Source: an uncultured Pelagibacteraceae bacterium (GTDB taxonomy: Bacteria; Pseudomonadota; Alphaproteobacteria; Pelagibacterales; Pelagibacteraceae). Taken from it: DNA of 64,000 nt. Both the position numbers and the translations under genes were made by a program. Of this stretch, positions 10,915 to 20,795 are shown one piece after another (within the stretch, counting starts at the first letter, position 1; each line of letters starts with the position of its first letter). The notes under the pieces were generated by a model, which was given only the letters and a program-made list of their open reading frames with translations, was not told the origin of the DNA and searched no databases. The stretch lies in the NCBI GenBank assembly GCA_902538525.1, contig CACBFA010000001.1, positions 60,250 to 124,249 on the forward strand. Direction: 5' to 3'.

Positions 10915-11997
10915 ATGACATTGCTAAGATTTAAAAACATAAAATTACAGAGTTACAAACCAGGAAAATCCTTATTGGCTGGTAATAAAAATATTATTAA
11001 GTTATCTGCAAATGAATCTGCTTTAGGTGTCAGTAAAAATGTCGAAAAAATTGTTAAGTCTAAATTTGATATATCAAAATATCCAGACAGTAAATTTTCG
11101 GAATTAACACAAAAAATATCAAAGAAGTATAATTGTGATAAATCCAAGATAATTTGTGGCTCTGGCTCTGACGAAGTAATTCAAATGCTTTGTCAATTGT
11201 TCCTTAGAGAAAATGATGAAGTTGTTGTTCCTCAGTACAGTTTCCTCATGTATAGGATATACTCCAAGATCGTTGGGGCAAATGTAAAATTAGCTAAAGA
11301 AATTAATTTTAAAGTTTCAGTTAAAGAAATTCTTAAAAAGACATCAAAAAAAACAAAAATTGTTTTTATTGCAAATCCAAATAATCCAACAGGCACTTAT
11401 TTAACAAAAAACGAGCTATTAGACTTAAGGAGAAGATTAAATAAAAATATTTTATTGGTTGTTGATGATGCATATTTTGAATATATGAAGAATAAGGATT
11501 ATAAATCTGGAATTGAGTTATTTAAAAACTCTAAAAATGTATTTATTTTAAGAACATTTTCAAAAATCTATGGTCTAGCTTCATTAAGGATAGGCTGGGG
11601 ATACGGTGATAAATCTATAATTAAAGAATTATATAAAATTAAACCACCTTTTAATGTAAATAAATTTGCTCAAATTTGTGCTGTTGAATCACTTAAAGAT
11701 GATAAATTTGTTAAAAAGTCAGTAATACATAATCTTAAATGGTGCAAAAAAATTAAAAATGAGATGTTAAAATATAATATTGGTACAAACAAAATATCTG
11801 GAAATTTCTTTTTGCTAGATTTCAAAAAAGCAAAATTCACCGCAGACACAACTTTAAAAAAATTACAGAAATATGGAATTATACTAAGAGAAATGAATTC
11901 ATATGGCATAAAAAATTGTCTAAGACTTACAATTGGCAACACAAAAGAAAACCAAATATTCCTTAAAAGAATGAATACTATTTTTAAAAATGTTTAA
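10915..11997 (+). CDS. hisC: Histidinol-phosphate aminotransferase
   Basis: KLSANES, GSGSDE, ANPNNPTG, DDAY, RTFSKIYGLASLRIG. Confidence 0.95.
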   Translation: MTLLRFKNIKLQSYKPGKSLLAGNKNIIKLSANESALGVSKNVEKIVKSKFDISKYPDSKFSELTQKISKKYNCDKSKIICGSGSDEVIQMLCQLFLRENDEVVVPQYSFLMYRIYSKIVGANVKLAKEINFKVSVKEILKKTSKKTKIVFIANPNNPTGTYLTKNELLDLRRRLNKNILLVVDDAYFEYMKNKDYKSGIELFKNSKNVFILRTFSKIYGLASLRIGWGYGDKSIIKELYKIKPPFNVNKFAQICAVESLKDDKFVKKSVIHNLKWCKKIKNEMLKYNIGTNKISGNFFLLDFKKAKFTADTTLKKLQKYGIILREMNSYGIKNCLRLTIGNTKENQIFLKRMNTIFKNV

Positions 11998-12883
11998 TAA
12001 TATTCTTATTATTGGTTGCGGATTAATAGGCTCATCAATATTAAAGGCATCAATACAAAAAAAAATTTCTAAAAATTTTTTTGTATTTGAAAAGTCTAAA
12101 AAATATAGATCTATTATTAAAAAATTTAACAAAAAAATTAAATTTTTAACAAGGTTAGATAAAAATTTAAATAAAATTGATCTTGTGATTTTAAGCACTC
12201 CTATGAGTGAATATCCTAAATTTTTTTCGTCATTAAATAAAAATCTCAATCATAATTCAATTATAACTGACGTTGGTTCAACAAAAAAAAATCTAATTTC
12301 TTTAAAAAAAAAAAAATTATCAAAAAATCTTGATTGGGTGATGAGTCATCCTATCTCAGGATCCGAAGTTAGTGGGCCCAAATATGGTAATGCTAATTTG
12401 TTCAAAAACAAGTGGTGCATAATAATAAAAGATAGAAATCTTCTAAAACAAAAAAAAGTAGAGAGATTTTGGAAATCTTTAGGATCTAAAATAATTATTA
12501 TGAACCCCGATGATCATGATAAAATTTTTTCAGTTACTAGCCATCTACCTCACTTGATTGCTTACAATTTAATAAAAACTGCTCAGGATTTTCAGAAAAA
12601 AAAGAATAAAAATTTGATTAAATTTAGTGCAGGTGGATTGAGAGATTTCTCAAGAATTGCTGCTTCCAACGAAATAATGTGGAGAGACATATTTTTCGAG
12701 AATAAAACTAATATGATTGAAGCAATAAATCTTTTTATGAAAAATTTAAAAGATTTTAAGAATAATATAAGTAAGAAAGAAAATTCAAAGATAATAAAAA
12801 AATTAATCAATTCGAAAGTAGTAAGAAAACAAATAATTTCTCAAAAACAAGATATTTCTAAACCTGATTTTGGTCGAGAGTAA
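11990..12883 (+). CDS. tyrC: Prephenate/arogenate (cyclohexadienyl) dehydrogenase
   Basis: IIGCGLIGSS, DVGSTK, HPISGSE, SHLPH, GGLRDFSRIAAS; hisC-tyrC synteny. Confidence 0.92.
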   Translation: MFNNILIIGCGLIGSSILKASIQKKISKNFFVFEKSKKYRSIIKKFNKKIKFLTRLDKNLNKIDLVILSTPMSEYPKFFSSLNKNLNHNSIITDVGSTKKNLISLKKKKLSKNLDWVMSHPISGSEVSGPKYGNANLFKNKWCIIIKDRNLLKQKKVERFWKSLGSKIIIMNPDDHDKIFSVTSHLPHLIAYNLIKTAQDFQKKKNKNLIKFSAGGLRDFSRIAASNEIMWRDIFFENKTNMIEAINLFMKNLKDFKNNISKKENSKIIKKLINSKVVRKQIISQKQDISKPDFGRE

Positions 12884-12884
12884 T

Positions 12885-13631
12885 TCAGATCCTTGTTACT
12901 TTCTTTACATCTAATTTCGCCGTTTCTTTAATTAGTTTTATCGTTTTTTTAATTGGCATTATGACCACTCTTTTTTTTGGACCATAAGCGTGGATAAGAT
13001 CATTTGTATTGATGCATATAGCAACATGTCCTTTCCAAAAAATAATATCACCTTTTTTAAATTTTTTTTTGTATCCCACACCTTTTTTTAATTTAACTTG
13101 ATCAATCGTGTCTCTTGGAAAAAAATTATTATTAAATTTATAAAATATTTGCAATAGAGCTGAACAATCAATTCCTTTGAATGTTTTTCCACCCCATTTA
13201 TATTTACAATTTAGAAAACTTTTAAATATCTTTACAAAATCAGAATTTTTTTTTTGGATTGGAAATATGTCTTTTGATCTTAGCCATTTATCTTTCTTAT
13301 ACATAATGAAATTTTGATCCTTTTTTAAAATTTGTATTTTGCTCGTAAATGGTAAAAACTTTTTTGATTTCTTTTTTTTATTACCTAAATAAATTCTAGC
13401 TTTTAAAATTCCAACTTTGTGAGTTGGATTGAATTTTTCGTAGCTATCAATTTTTTTTATAAAGCCTGAATATTTGTCATATGAAGTCTTTATTTTAAAA
13501 TAATTATTTTTTTTACTAATTATTTTAAAACTCTCACCGTAGATAAGTTGAGAGCTAACATTAGAGTTCTTCTTTGGATCCTCTAATATATCGACAAAAG
13601 GCTCTTTTAAAAAAAAACTATTTTGCACCAA
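12885..13631 (-). CDS. SH3 + NlpC/P60 (C40) peptidase
   Basis: YKWGG...GIDCSAL, FPRDT..Q, WKGHVAI, LIHA catalytic Cys/His/His. Confidence 0.9.
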   Translation of the reverse strand: MVQNSFFLKEPFVDILEDPKKNSNVSSQLIYGESFKIISKKNNYFKIKTSYDKYSGFIKKIDSYEKFNPTHKVGILKARIYLGNKKKKSKKFLPFTSKIQILKKDQNFIMYKKDKWLRSKDIFPIQKKNSDFVKIFKSFLNCKYKWGGKTFKGIDCSALLQIFYKFNNNFFPRDTIDQVKLKKGVGYKKKFKKGDIIFWKGHVAICINTNDLIHAYGPKKRVVIMPIKKTIKLIKETAKLDVKKVTRI

Positions 13632-14991
13632 TTTTAATTTTATTCCTTATAAACCATAAACAAATTAAGGATGGGATGACCATTAAAGTAGTAATTATAA
13701 AAAAGGTTCCCCAGTCTCCATTTAGCCAATCAACTAAAGCACCCGATGAAGAAGCAAGTGTCGTTCTTCCTGCAGTTCCAATTGAAGCTAGAAGTGCATA
13801 CTGTGTAGCGGTATAAGTCCTATCCACTAAAAGAGAGATAAAGGCTACGAAAGCAACAGTTGCAAATGCTGCAGATATATCATCAGCGATAACCGCTAAA
13901 GCAAACAACCATTCAGATTTTCCTGACCACGCGAGAGCAGCAAATAATAAATTTGTTGCTGCCATAAATCCACCAGCAACAAACATTGTTTTTATTGTGC
14001 CAGCTCTCATAGCAAATATTCCACCTAATAATGTAAATACAACTGTCGTTATCCAGCCTAGAGTTTTAGAGTATATCGCTATTTCACCTTTTGAAAATCC
14101 TACCTCTTTATAAAAAACTATGGACATTCTTCCAAGAAAGGCTTCTCCAATTTTAAAGAGAAAGACAAAGCCAAGGATTCCAACTGCAATTGAGAAACCA
14201 TTTTTTTTGAAGAAACTAATTATTGGACCTCCTATTGTACCAGTAATATAAGCAACAAATTTTGTTATTACATTATTTGATCCAAGTTTTGATTGTATTA
14301 TTTCGTCTGTTTCTTTTTGTTTGTTTTGCCTATCTGTTGTTATAGGCTCGTGTATAAACATTAAACCTATATTCATCAGGATTACTACAACACCAAGAAC
14401 TAAAAAAGTAGTTTGCCAGTAATCTTCAATTCCAATGTTTTGAAAAAATTCGGCAGTAAACAATGCTATAACACCACCTAACTTATATCCGGTCCACCAT
14501 CCAACTACGGCCATAGCAGCACCTGCTGCCATAGATTTTCCTTCATCAGCATTAATTTGTTCGATTCTCAACGCATCAACTGTAATATCTTGTGTAGCCG
14601 AAGCAATTGCTATAACTAATCCAACACTAATTAGTAACGCCAAATTTTCTGTAGGGTTAATAAAACTCCAAACAATTAAACTAAATAAAATTATAATTTG
14701 CATAAGGACAATCCAGCCTCGTCGATGCCCTAATCTTTTTGTTAAAAATGGAATTTGTATTCTATCAATTATTGGTGCCCACAAATAATTAAAGGCGTAC
14801 ACCCCAAATATTAAACCTGCCCATCCAATAGTTGATCTACTTAAACCTTCTTCTTTTAGCCAAAGGCTTAAACTGCTGGCAATTAAAACCCAAGGAAATC
14901 CACTAATTGCACCAAGAAGCAATATTCTTAGCATTCGAATATCCTTGTAAACTAAAATAGATTCTGACCAGGTTTGTTTTTTTTCAAACAT
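13618..14991 (-). CDS. ampG: AmpG-family muropeptide MFS permease (likely start MFEKK at 14991)
   Basis: LGAISGFPWVL, YLWAPIID, ASATQDITVDALRIE, YTATQYALLAS; ATG coupled to trkH stop (TAATG). Confidence 0.92.
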   Translation of the reverse strand: MFEKKQTWSESILVYKDIRMLRILLLGAISGFPWVLIASSLSLWLKEEGLSRSTIGWAGLIFGVYAFNYLWAPIIDRIQIPFLTKRLGHRRGWIVLMQIIILFSLIVWSFINPTENLALLISVGLVIAIASATQDITVDALRIEQINADEGKSMAAGAAMAVVGWWTGYKLGGVIALFTAEFFQNIGIEDYWQTTFLVLGVVVILMNIGLMFIHEPITTDRQNKQKETDEIIQSKLGSNNVITKFVAYITGTIGGPIISFFKKNGFSIAVGILGFVFLFKIGEAFLGRMSIVFYKEVGFSKGEIAIYSKTLGWITTVVFTLLGGIFAMRAGTIKTMFVAGGFMAATNLLFAALAWSGKSEWLFALAVIADDISAAFATVAFVAFISLLVDRTYTATQYALLASIGTAGRTTLASSSGALVDWLNGDWGTFFIITTLMVIPSLICLWFIRNKIKIGAK

Positions 14992-16439
14992 TAATATTTT
15001 CTCCAAAAAGATGGAATAAATAATACTAGAATTGCAAATAATTCCAACCTTCCAAGTATCATTGCAGCACTGAGAACCCATTTAGAAAAATCAGACAGGC
15101 TTGAAAAACTTCCGTTTGGACCAATAATATCACCTAAACCTGGACCAACATTTGAAATTGACGTGGCAGCTGCTGAAATTGCAGTAATAAAATTTAATCC
15201 GTCAAGCGATAAAAGTGCAGTCACAACAAAAAATATTAATATATAAAGAAATATAAAAGAAATAATTGAATCCATAAATTTTTCATCCACATTATTATTT
15301 TGATATTTAATTTTGAAAATTCCTCGAGGGTAAATTATTTTTTTCAGCTGGTTTGATATGAATTGATACAAAATTTGAACTCTAAAAATCTTTATTCCGC
15401 AAGTTGTAGAGCCTGCACAGCCTCCAATGAACATTAATATTATGAAGTATACTAGTGGAAATTGACCCCAATTACTAAAATTTTCTGTAGCATACCCTGT
15501 TCCAGTTAAAATAGAAATTATATTAAAGCTAACAGATAAAAAACTTATCTCAGTTAAGCTTTTATTTATAACAGATAAATAAAAAAACATTAAAAGAATT
15601 GAAATAATAACCAAAATTATAAAAGTTTTTATTTGTGTGTCTTTGAAAAATATTTTCTTATCTCCAGCCAAGTATTTGATGTAACTAATAAAAGGTATAC
15701 TTCCAAGAATAATAAATATTATTGCATTAATTTCTATTAACGAGCTGTTAAAATAACCTATAGATTCATTATAATTTGCAAAACCTCCAGTCGCTATTGT
15801 TGTCATAGCATGCACGATGCTATCAAAAAAACTCATCCCAAATATAAAATAAAAGAAAGCACAAGTTAAAGTTAATAAGGAATATATAGACAATAATCTC
15901 AAAGAAACTTCTTTAGTTTTAGGAAAAATTTTTTCAGAAGTATCATTAGATGAAATATTGAAAAGTTGCATACCCCCTATATTCATTAAAGGCATTAAAG
16001 TGATTGCCATTACGATAATTCCAATACCACCAAACCACTGTAACATTCCTCTCCAAAGTAATATCGCTTTAGACGTTTCATTTAGATTCGTGATAATTGT
16101 AGATCCTGTTGTTGTAATACCAGACATGCTCTCAAAAAACGCATCTGTAAAACTCAAATCCGTACTAGAAAAAATTAAAGGTAAAGAACCAAATATAGCA
16201 ATACTTAACCACGAAAGTGCTGTGAGCAAAAAAGCTTGAGGTAAACTTATCTTTTTATCATGATCATAATTAGAAATGAAAAATAAAAATCCAAAAACAA
16301 TAGTAACAATCATTGATCCGATAAATCCTGCATCAATTTGATCAAATATTAATTGAACCAAAATAGGTACAATCATTGAAAGACCTAAAATAATTTGCAA
16401 AACCCCTAATGTAAAAAAGACAGTTTTATAATTGGACAT
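14991..16439 (-). CDS. trkH: Trk potassium uptake membrane protein
   Basis: FESMSGITTTG, QWFGGIG, TIATGGF, GGCAGSTTCGIK, NVGPG, MILGRLE. Confidence 0.95.
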   Translation of the reverse strand: MSNYKTVFFTLGVLQIILGLSMIVPILVQLIFDQIDAGFIGSMIVTIVFGFLFFISNYDHDKKISLPQAFLLTALSWLSIAIFGSLPLIFSSTDLSFTDAFFESMSGITTTGSTIITNLNETSKAILLWRGMLQWFGGIGIIVMAITLMPLMNIGGMQLFNISSNDTSEKIFPKTKEVSLRLLSIYSLLTLTCAFFYFIFGMSFFDSIVHAMTTIATGGFANYNESIGYFNSSLIEINAIIFIILGSIPFISYIKYLAGDKKIFFKDTQIKTFIILVIISILLMFFYLSVINKSLTEISFLSVSFNIISILTGTGYATENFSNWGQFPLVYFIILMFIGGCAGSTTCGIKIFRVQILYQFISNQLKKIIYPRGIFKIKYQNNNVDEKFMDSIISFIFLYILIFFVVTALLSLDGLNFITAISAAATSISNVGPGLGDIIGPNGSFSSLSDFSKWVLSAAMILGRLELFAILVLFIPSFWRKY

Positions 16440-16525
16440 TTTGAATGGACATTATTTTATGGTAAATAAATTTCAACTCTATATGAATTATTAAAAAGGC
16501 TGATATTAAGGATATTTAAGTAGTT

Positions 16526-18094
16526 GTGATAGACAAAACAAATTTTGACAAAACAAACGCCTGGCCATTTGTTGAGGCTAAAAAGCTATTAAGAGAGAGA
16601 AAATCGAACATAGAGAAAAAAAATAAAATAGTTTTACAAACTGGTTATGGTCCTAGTGGTCTACCACATATAGGTACATTTGGAGAAGTTGCAAGGACGA
16701 CAATGATTGTCAACGCTCTTGATCATTTAACAGATATTCCAAAGGAAATTATTACATTTTCTGATGATATGGATGGTCTTAGAAAAGTACCTGAAAATGT
16801 TCCAAATCAAGAAAAGCTCAAAAATAATCTTCACAAACCTTTAACGGATGTCCCTGATCCATTTGAAAAGTTTAGTAGTTTTGGAGAACATAATAATAAT
16901 ATGTTGAAACAATTTCTTGATAATTTTAAATTTAAATATTCATTTAAAAGTTCTACAGAACTCTACAAGTCTGGTTATTTTAATGACACCCTAAAATTAG
17001 TTCTAGAAAATTATGGAAAAATTATGGAAATAATTCTTCCAACTTTAGGCAAAGAAAGACAGAAAACCTATTCCCCCTTTTTACCAATATGCCCAGAAAC
17101 TGGAAAAGTTCTTGAAATACCTGTTTTAGAAATTGATTCTAAATCTTCTAAAATCATATTTGATAATAATGGATCAAAATTGGAAAAAAGTATTTTAGAC
17201 GGGAACTGCAAATTGCAATGGAAAGTTGATTGGGCAATGAGATGGTACGCTTTAGATGTTGATTTTGAAATGTATGGAAAGGATTTAATTGAGAGTGCAA
17301 TTCTTTCAACTAAGATTATTAAAACATTAGGTAAATCTAACCCATCTGGTTTTGCGTATGAACTTTTTTTGGACGAAAAAGGTGAAAAAATATCTAAATC
17401 AAAAGGTAATGGAGTAACTATAGATGAATGGCTGAATTATGCATCTCCTCAAAGTCTATCTCTTTACATGTATCAAAATCCAAAAAGAGCAAAAAAATTG
17501 TACAGAGAAGTTGTTCCAAAAGCTGTTGATGAATATCTAGATTTTATAGAAAAAGGAAAAACTCAAAATGATTTACAGAAGTTAATGAATCCAGTTTGGC
17601 ATGTACATAATGGATCAATGCCAGAGGAAAATACAATTATGACTTTTTCAATGCTTTTAAATTTAGTTGAAACAAGTAATGCGGACAGCAAACAATTACT
17701 TTGGAAATTTGTAAAAAAATACAAGTCAGAAATTAATGAAAATGATCATCCAATTTTTGATAATTTAATTGAATATGCAATAAAATATTTCAATGATGTT
17801 ATAAAAACAAAAAAAATTTACAAAACTCCAAATGAAAAAGAGAAAGTTGCACTGAAAGCATTAATTAAGTCTTTAGATAATTGTAATGATAAAATGGCTC
17901 CTGAAGATATTCAGACAAATATTTTTACCGTAGGAAAAGAAAATGGTTATAAAGAAAATTTAAGAGAATGGTTTAAGCTTATCTATGAGGTTGTATTTGG
18001 TGACGAAAATGGACCCAGAATGGGCTTCTTCATTAGTTTTTTTGGAGTAAATGAAACCAAAGAATTGATAAGAAAAAAGGTTGAAAATGTTTAA
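16526..18094 (+). CDS. lysS: Lysine--tRNA ligase, class I (GTG start)
   Basis: TGYGPSGLPHIGT (HIGH), KLQWKVDW, KISKSKGN (KMSKS), GPRMG. Confidence 0.96.
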   Translation: MIDKTNFDKTNAWPFVEAKKLLRERKSNIEKKNKIVLQTGYGPSGLPHIGTFGEVARTTMIVNALDHLTDIPKEIITFSDDMDGLRKVPENVPNQEKLKNNLHKPLTDVPDPFEKFSSFGEHNNNMLKQFLDNFKFKYSFKSSTELYKSGYFNDTLKLVLENYGKIMEIILPTLGKERQKTYSPFLPICPETGKVLEIPVLEIDSKSSKIIFDNNGSKLEKSILDGNCKLQWKVDWAMRWYALDVDFEMYGKDLIESAILSTKIIKTLGKSNPSGFAYELFLDEKGEKISKSKGNGVTIDEWLNYASPQSLSLYMYQNPKRAKKLYREVVPKAVDEYLDFIEKGKTQNDLQKLMNPVWHVHNGSMPEENTIMTFSMLLNLVETSNADSKQLLWKFVKKYKSEINENDHPIFDNLIEYAIKYFNDVIKTKKIYKTPNEKEKVALKALIKSLDNCNDKMAPEDIQTNIFTVGKENGYKENLREWFKLIYEVVFGDENGPRMGFFISFFGVNETKELIRKKVENV

Positions 18095-19124
18095 TCTTAT
18101 AAGACCTTTTATATTTAAATTTAGCCCTGAAGTTGCTCACTCACTAGCAATAAAGGCTTTAAAGTTAAATCAGATACCAGCTATAGATAAAACAACCAGA
18201 GTTACTATCCAAACTAAATTTTTAAACAAAACCTTAAATTCTCCTCTAGGTGTAGCTGCTGGATTTGATAAAAATGCAGAAGTTTACAATCCTCTATACA
18301 AACTAGGATTTGGTTTTGTTGAGGTAGGTACAATTACACCTAAACCACAAATAGGAAATCCGAAGCCAAGAGTGTTCAGATTGGAAGAAGATGAGGCTTT
18401 AATTAATAGACTTGGATTTAACAATATTGGATCAGAAGAAAGTAAAAAAAATATTGAAAATAATTCACCTAATGGATTACTTGGTATTAATATAGGACCT
18501 AATAAAGATACTGAAAGCAGAGTTGAAGATTATCTAATTTGTTTCAGAAAATTTCATAATTTAGCAGACTATATTACAATTAATATCTCTTCTCCTAACA
18601 CAGAAAATTTAAGAAACTTTCACAATAATGAAGAGTTAGATAATCTTTTAAAATGCATAAATGAAGAAAAGAAAAATTTAAATTCAAATGTGCCAATAGC
18701 TGTCAAAGTATCCCCTGATATTGATGAAAAAAGTATTGAAGAAATCTCAGAACTTTTTTTAAAATATAATGTTCAAATAGTTATAGTTTCAAATACGACA
18801 GATAGAAATAGAGAAAATATATCTAATATAAATAAATTAGAGAAAGGTGGTTTGTCTGGAAAACCACTTGAAAATATCTCTAATAAATTAATTAATAAAT
18901 TTTTTAAATTAGTTGGAAAAAAAATCTTAATAATTGGAGTTGGAGGCGTTGACTCTGCCGATGGTGTTTTTAATAAAATTGTAAGTGGTGCAACTCTTGT
19001 GCAATTGTATACAGGTATGGTTTATAAAGGACCAACTATTGCTTCAAAGATTAATAAAGATCTCGACGAAATTGTAAAAAGAGAAGGTTTTAAAAATATT
19101 TCTGAAGCAATTGGTAGTAAATAA
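18087..19124 (+). CDS. pyrD: Quinone-dependent dihydroorotate dehydrogenase
   Basis: AAGFDKN, GNPKPRVFRL, INISSPNT, GGLSG, VQLYT. Confidence 0.96.
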   Translation: MFNLIRPFIFKFSPEVAHSLAIKALKLNQIPAIDKTTRVTIQTKFLNKTLNSPLGVAAGFDKNAEVYNPLYKLGFGFVEVGTITPKPQIGNPKPRVFRLEEDEALINRLGFNNIGSEESKKNIENNSPNGLLGINIGPNKDTESRVEDYLICFRKFHNLADYITINISSPNTENLRNFHNNEELDNLLKCINEEKKNLNSNVPIAVKVSPDIDEKSIEEISELFLKYNVQIVIVSNTTDRNRENISNINKLEKGGLSGKPLENISNKLINKFFKLVGKKILIIGVGGVDSADGVFNKIVSGATLVQLYTGMVYKGPTIASKINKDLDEIVKREGFKNISEAIGSK

Positions 19125-19159
19125 TGAGCTAAATTTAATTCAATAATTTAACTTTTAAA

Positions 19160-19858
19160 ATGATTAAAAATTTTATTTTATATTTAATTAAATTAACAAG
19201 ATTTTATGTTCATCAACCAAAAATATTAAGATCATTACAAAACTTAAAGATAAAAAGAGTCTTTGATGTTGGTGCGCATGAAGGTGAAACAATTGAATAT
19301 TTGATAAAATTAAAAAAGATCGAAAAAATCTATTGTTTTGAGCCCCAAGCCACACCTTTCAAGAAACTAAGATCAAAGTATAATAAATATAAAAATATAA
19401 AATTAAACCAAATCGCATTTAGCAATAATAAAAAAATGAAAAAATTTTATATAAATGATTTGTCAGATACCTCAACTTTTTCTAAAATAAATAAAACATC
19501 TAAATGGTTAAAAATAAAAAACATCATATTAAATAAAAAAGACTCTATTATTAAAACTATAACTATTAAAACATCAACCCTAGATGAATATTTTAGAAAT
19601 AAAAATATAGGTACCTTAGATCTTTTAAAAATTGACACTGAAGGTCATGAACTTGAAGTTTTAGAAGGATCAAAAAAGGCAATAAAAAATGGAAAAATTA
19701 GATATATATTAATTGAGTTACATTCATCTAATATGTATAAAAACTATTCAAAAAAAAAAATTGAAATTTTTTTAGCAAAAAATAATTTTAAATTATTGAA
19801 TACATTTCAGTTTCCATTTCACACTTTTACAGATAATTTGTACGTCTACAAAAAATAA
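19160..19858 (+). CDS. FkbM-family SAM-dependent methyltransferase
   Basis: FDVGAHEG, CFEP, TLDEY, LLKIDTEGHELEVLEG. Confidence 0.88.
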   Translation: MIKNFILYLIKLTRFYVHQPKILRSLQNLKIKRVFDVGAHEGETIEYLIKLKKIEKIYCFEPQATPFKKLRSKYNKYKNIKLNQIAFSNNKKMKKFYINDLSDTSTFSKINKTSKWLKIKNIILNKKDSIIKTITIKTSTLDEYFRNKNIGTLDLLKIDTEGHELEVLEGSKKAIKNGKIRYILIELHSSNMYKNYSKKKIEIFLAKNNFKLLNTFQFPFHTFTDNLYVYKK

Positions 19859-19924
19859 TTTTTTTGAAAATTGTAATAATTAAAAAAACTATAACTATAT
19901 ATTTGTTAAAATTAAGAGATTGAG

Positions 19925-19953
19925 CTTGACTGATATTACTATAAATTCTATAT
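19925..19953 (+). promoter_or_regulatory. Sigma70-type promoter of rpmB-yhhQ
   Basis: Exact CTTGAC-N17-CTATAT, 12 nt before the rpmB ATG. Confidence 0.78.
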
Positions 19954-19965
19954 AAGCAATTCTTT

Positions 19966-20247
19966 ATGACTAAAAAATGTGAATTAACTGGCAAAATACC
20001 TCTCAAGGGTCACAACGTAAGCCATGCTAATAATAAAACCAAAAGAAGATTCCTTCCAAATTTAAAGAAAGTAAAATTTAAAAGTGAACTTTTAAAAAAA
20101 TCTCTGAGATTAACAGTTTCAAATGCAGGTGTTAGATCTGTAGATAAGAAAGGTAGCTTTGATAATTTCTTAAAATCTGCAAAATCAAGAGATTTATCTT
20201 TAAGATTAAAAAAGCTTAAAAAATCAATAATTGCAAAAACAGCATAA
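19966..20247 (+). CDS. rpmB: 50S ribosomal protein L28
   Basis: CELTGK...[19 protein letters not shown]. Confidence 0.98.
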   Translation: MTKKCELTGKIPLKGHNVSHANNKTKRRFLPNLKKVKFKSELLKKSLRLTVSNAGVRSVDKKGSFDNFLKSAKSRDLSLRLKKLKKSIIAKTA

Positions 20248-20795
20248 TGAATAAAGTTTTCTTTACACTCTCATTTTTCATGGGATTGGTTGTGCTAGCA
20301 TCTAATTATTTAGTTCAATTTCCTATAAAATATTACGGTTTAGAGGAAATTTTAACTTACGGTGCTTTTAGTTATCCAATTGCATTTTTAATTACAGATT
20401 TAGCCAACAGATCCTTTGGAAAATTAGTTGCTAGAAAAATTGTCTATATAGGCTTCACAATTGGAATTTTGTTTACTTTAATATTTTCAACTAATTTTAC
20501 CGATCTTATTTCTATAAGAATAGCAATTGGTTCAGGAACAGCTTTTATAATTGCTCAACTTTTAGATGTTCAGATATTTGATCAATTAAGACAAAAAAAG
20601 TGGTTTATAGCACCTTTAACATCTTCTTTGATAGGTTCAACTGTTGATACTTTTTTATTTTTCTCAATATCATTCTATGGAACGGGAATTCCTTGGGTAA
20701 CTTTATCGTTAGGAGATCTTGCGGTAAAAATATTTGTAGCTCTTGTAATGTTGATACCTTTTAGATTATTACTCGGCACACTAAAAGCAGCATAA
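20247..20795 (+). CDS. yhhQ: Queuosine precursor transporter (YhhQ/VUT family)
   Basis: Multi-TM; ASNYLV, LTYGAFSYPIAFLITD, RIAIGS, QLLDV.IF, S.VDT. Confidence 0.88.
   Translation: MNKVFFTLSFFMGLVVLASNYLVQFPIKYYGLEEILTYGAFSYPIAFLITDLANRSFGKLVARKIVYIGFTIGILFTLIFSTNFTDLISIRIAIGSGTAFIIAQLLDVQIFDQLRQKKWFIAPLTSSLIGSTVDTFLFFSISFYGTGIPWVTLSLGDLAVKIFVALVMLIPFRLLLGTLKAA

Noticed and set aside
12304-12316. A13 run in tyrC as a phase-variation site
   Set aside because: It is in frame in a biosynthetic housekeeping gene, and long A runs are expected at this AT content.
14992-15081. 30-aa N-terminal extension of ampG in the ORF track
   Set aside because: It overlaps the trkH 3' end; the ATG at 14991 is TAATG-coupled to the trkH stop and gives a normal AmpG.
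16426-16452. 8-codon uORF MSIQNVQL and TGGACATT repeat overlapping the trkH start
   Set aside because: Too short, with no SD or structure; compatible with chance or a small local duplication.
19859-20247. preQ1 riboswitch for yhhQ
   Set aside because: yhhQ is coupled directly to rpmB and the predicted UTR is only a few nucleotides; no preQ1 stem-loop is visible.
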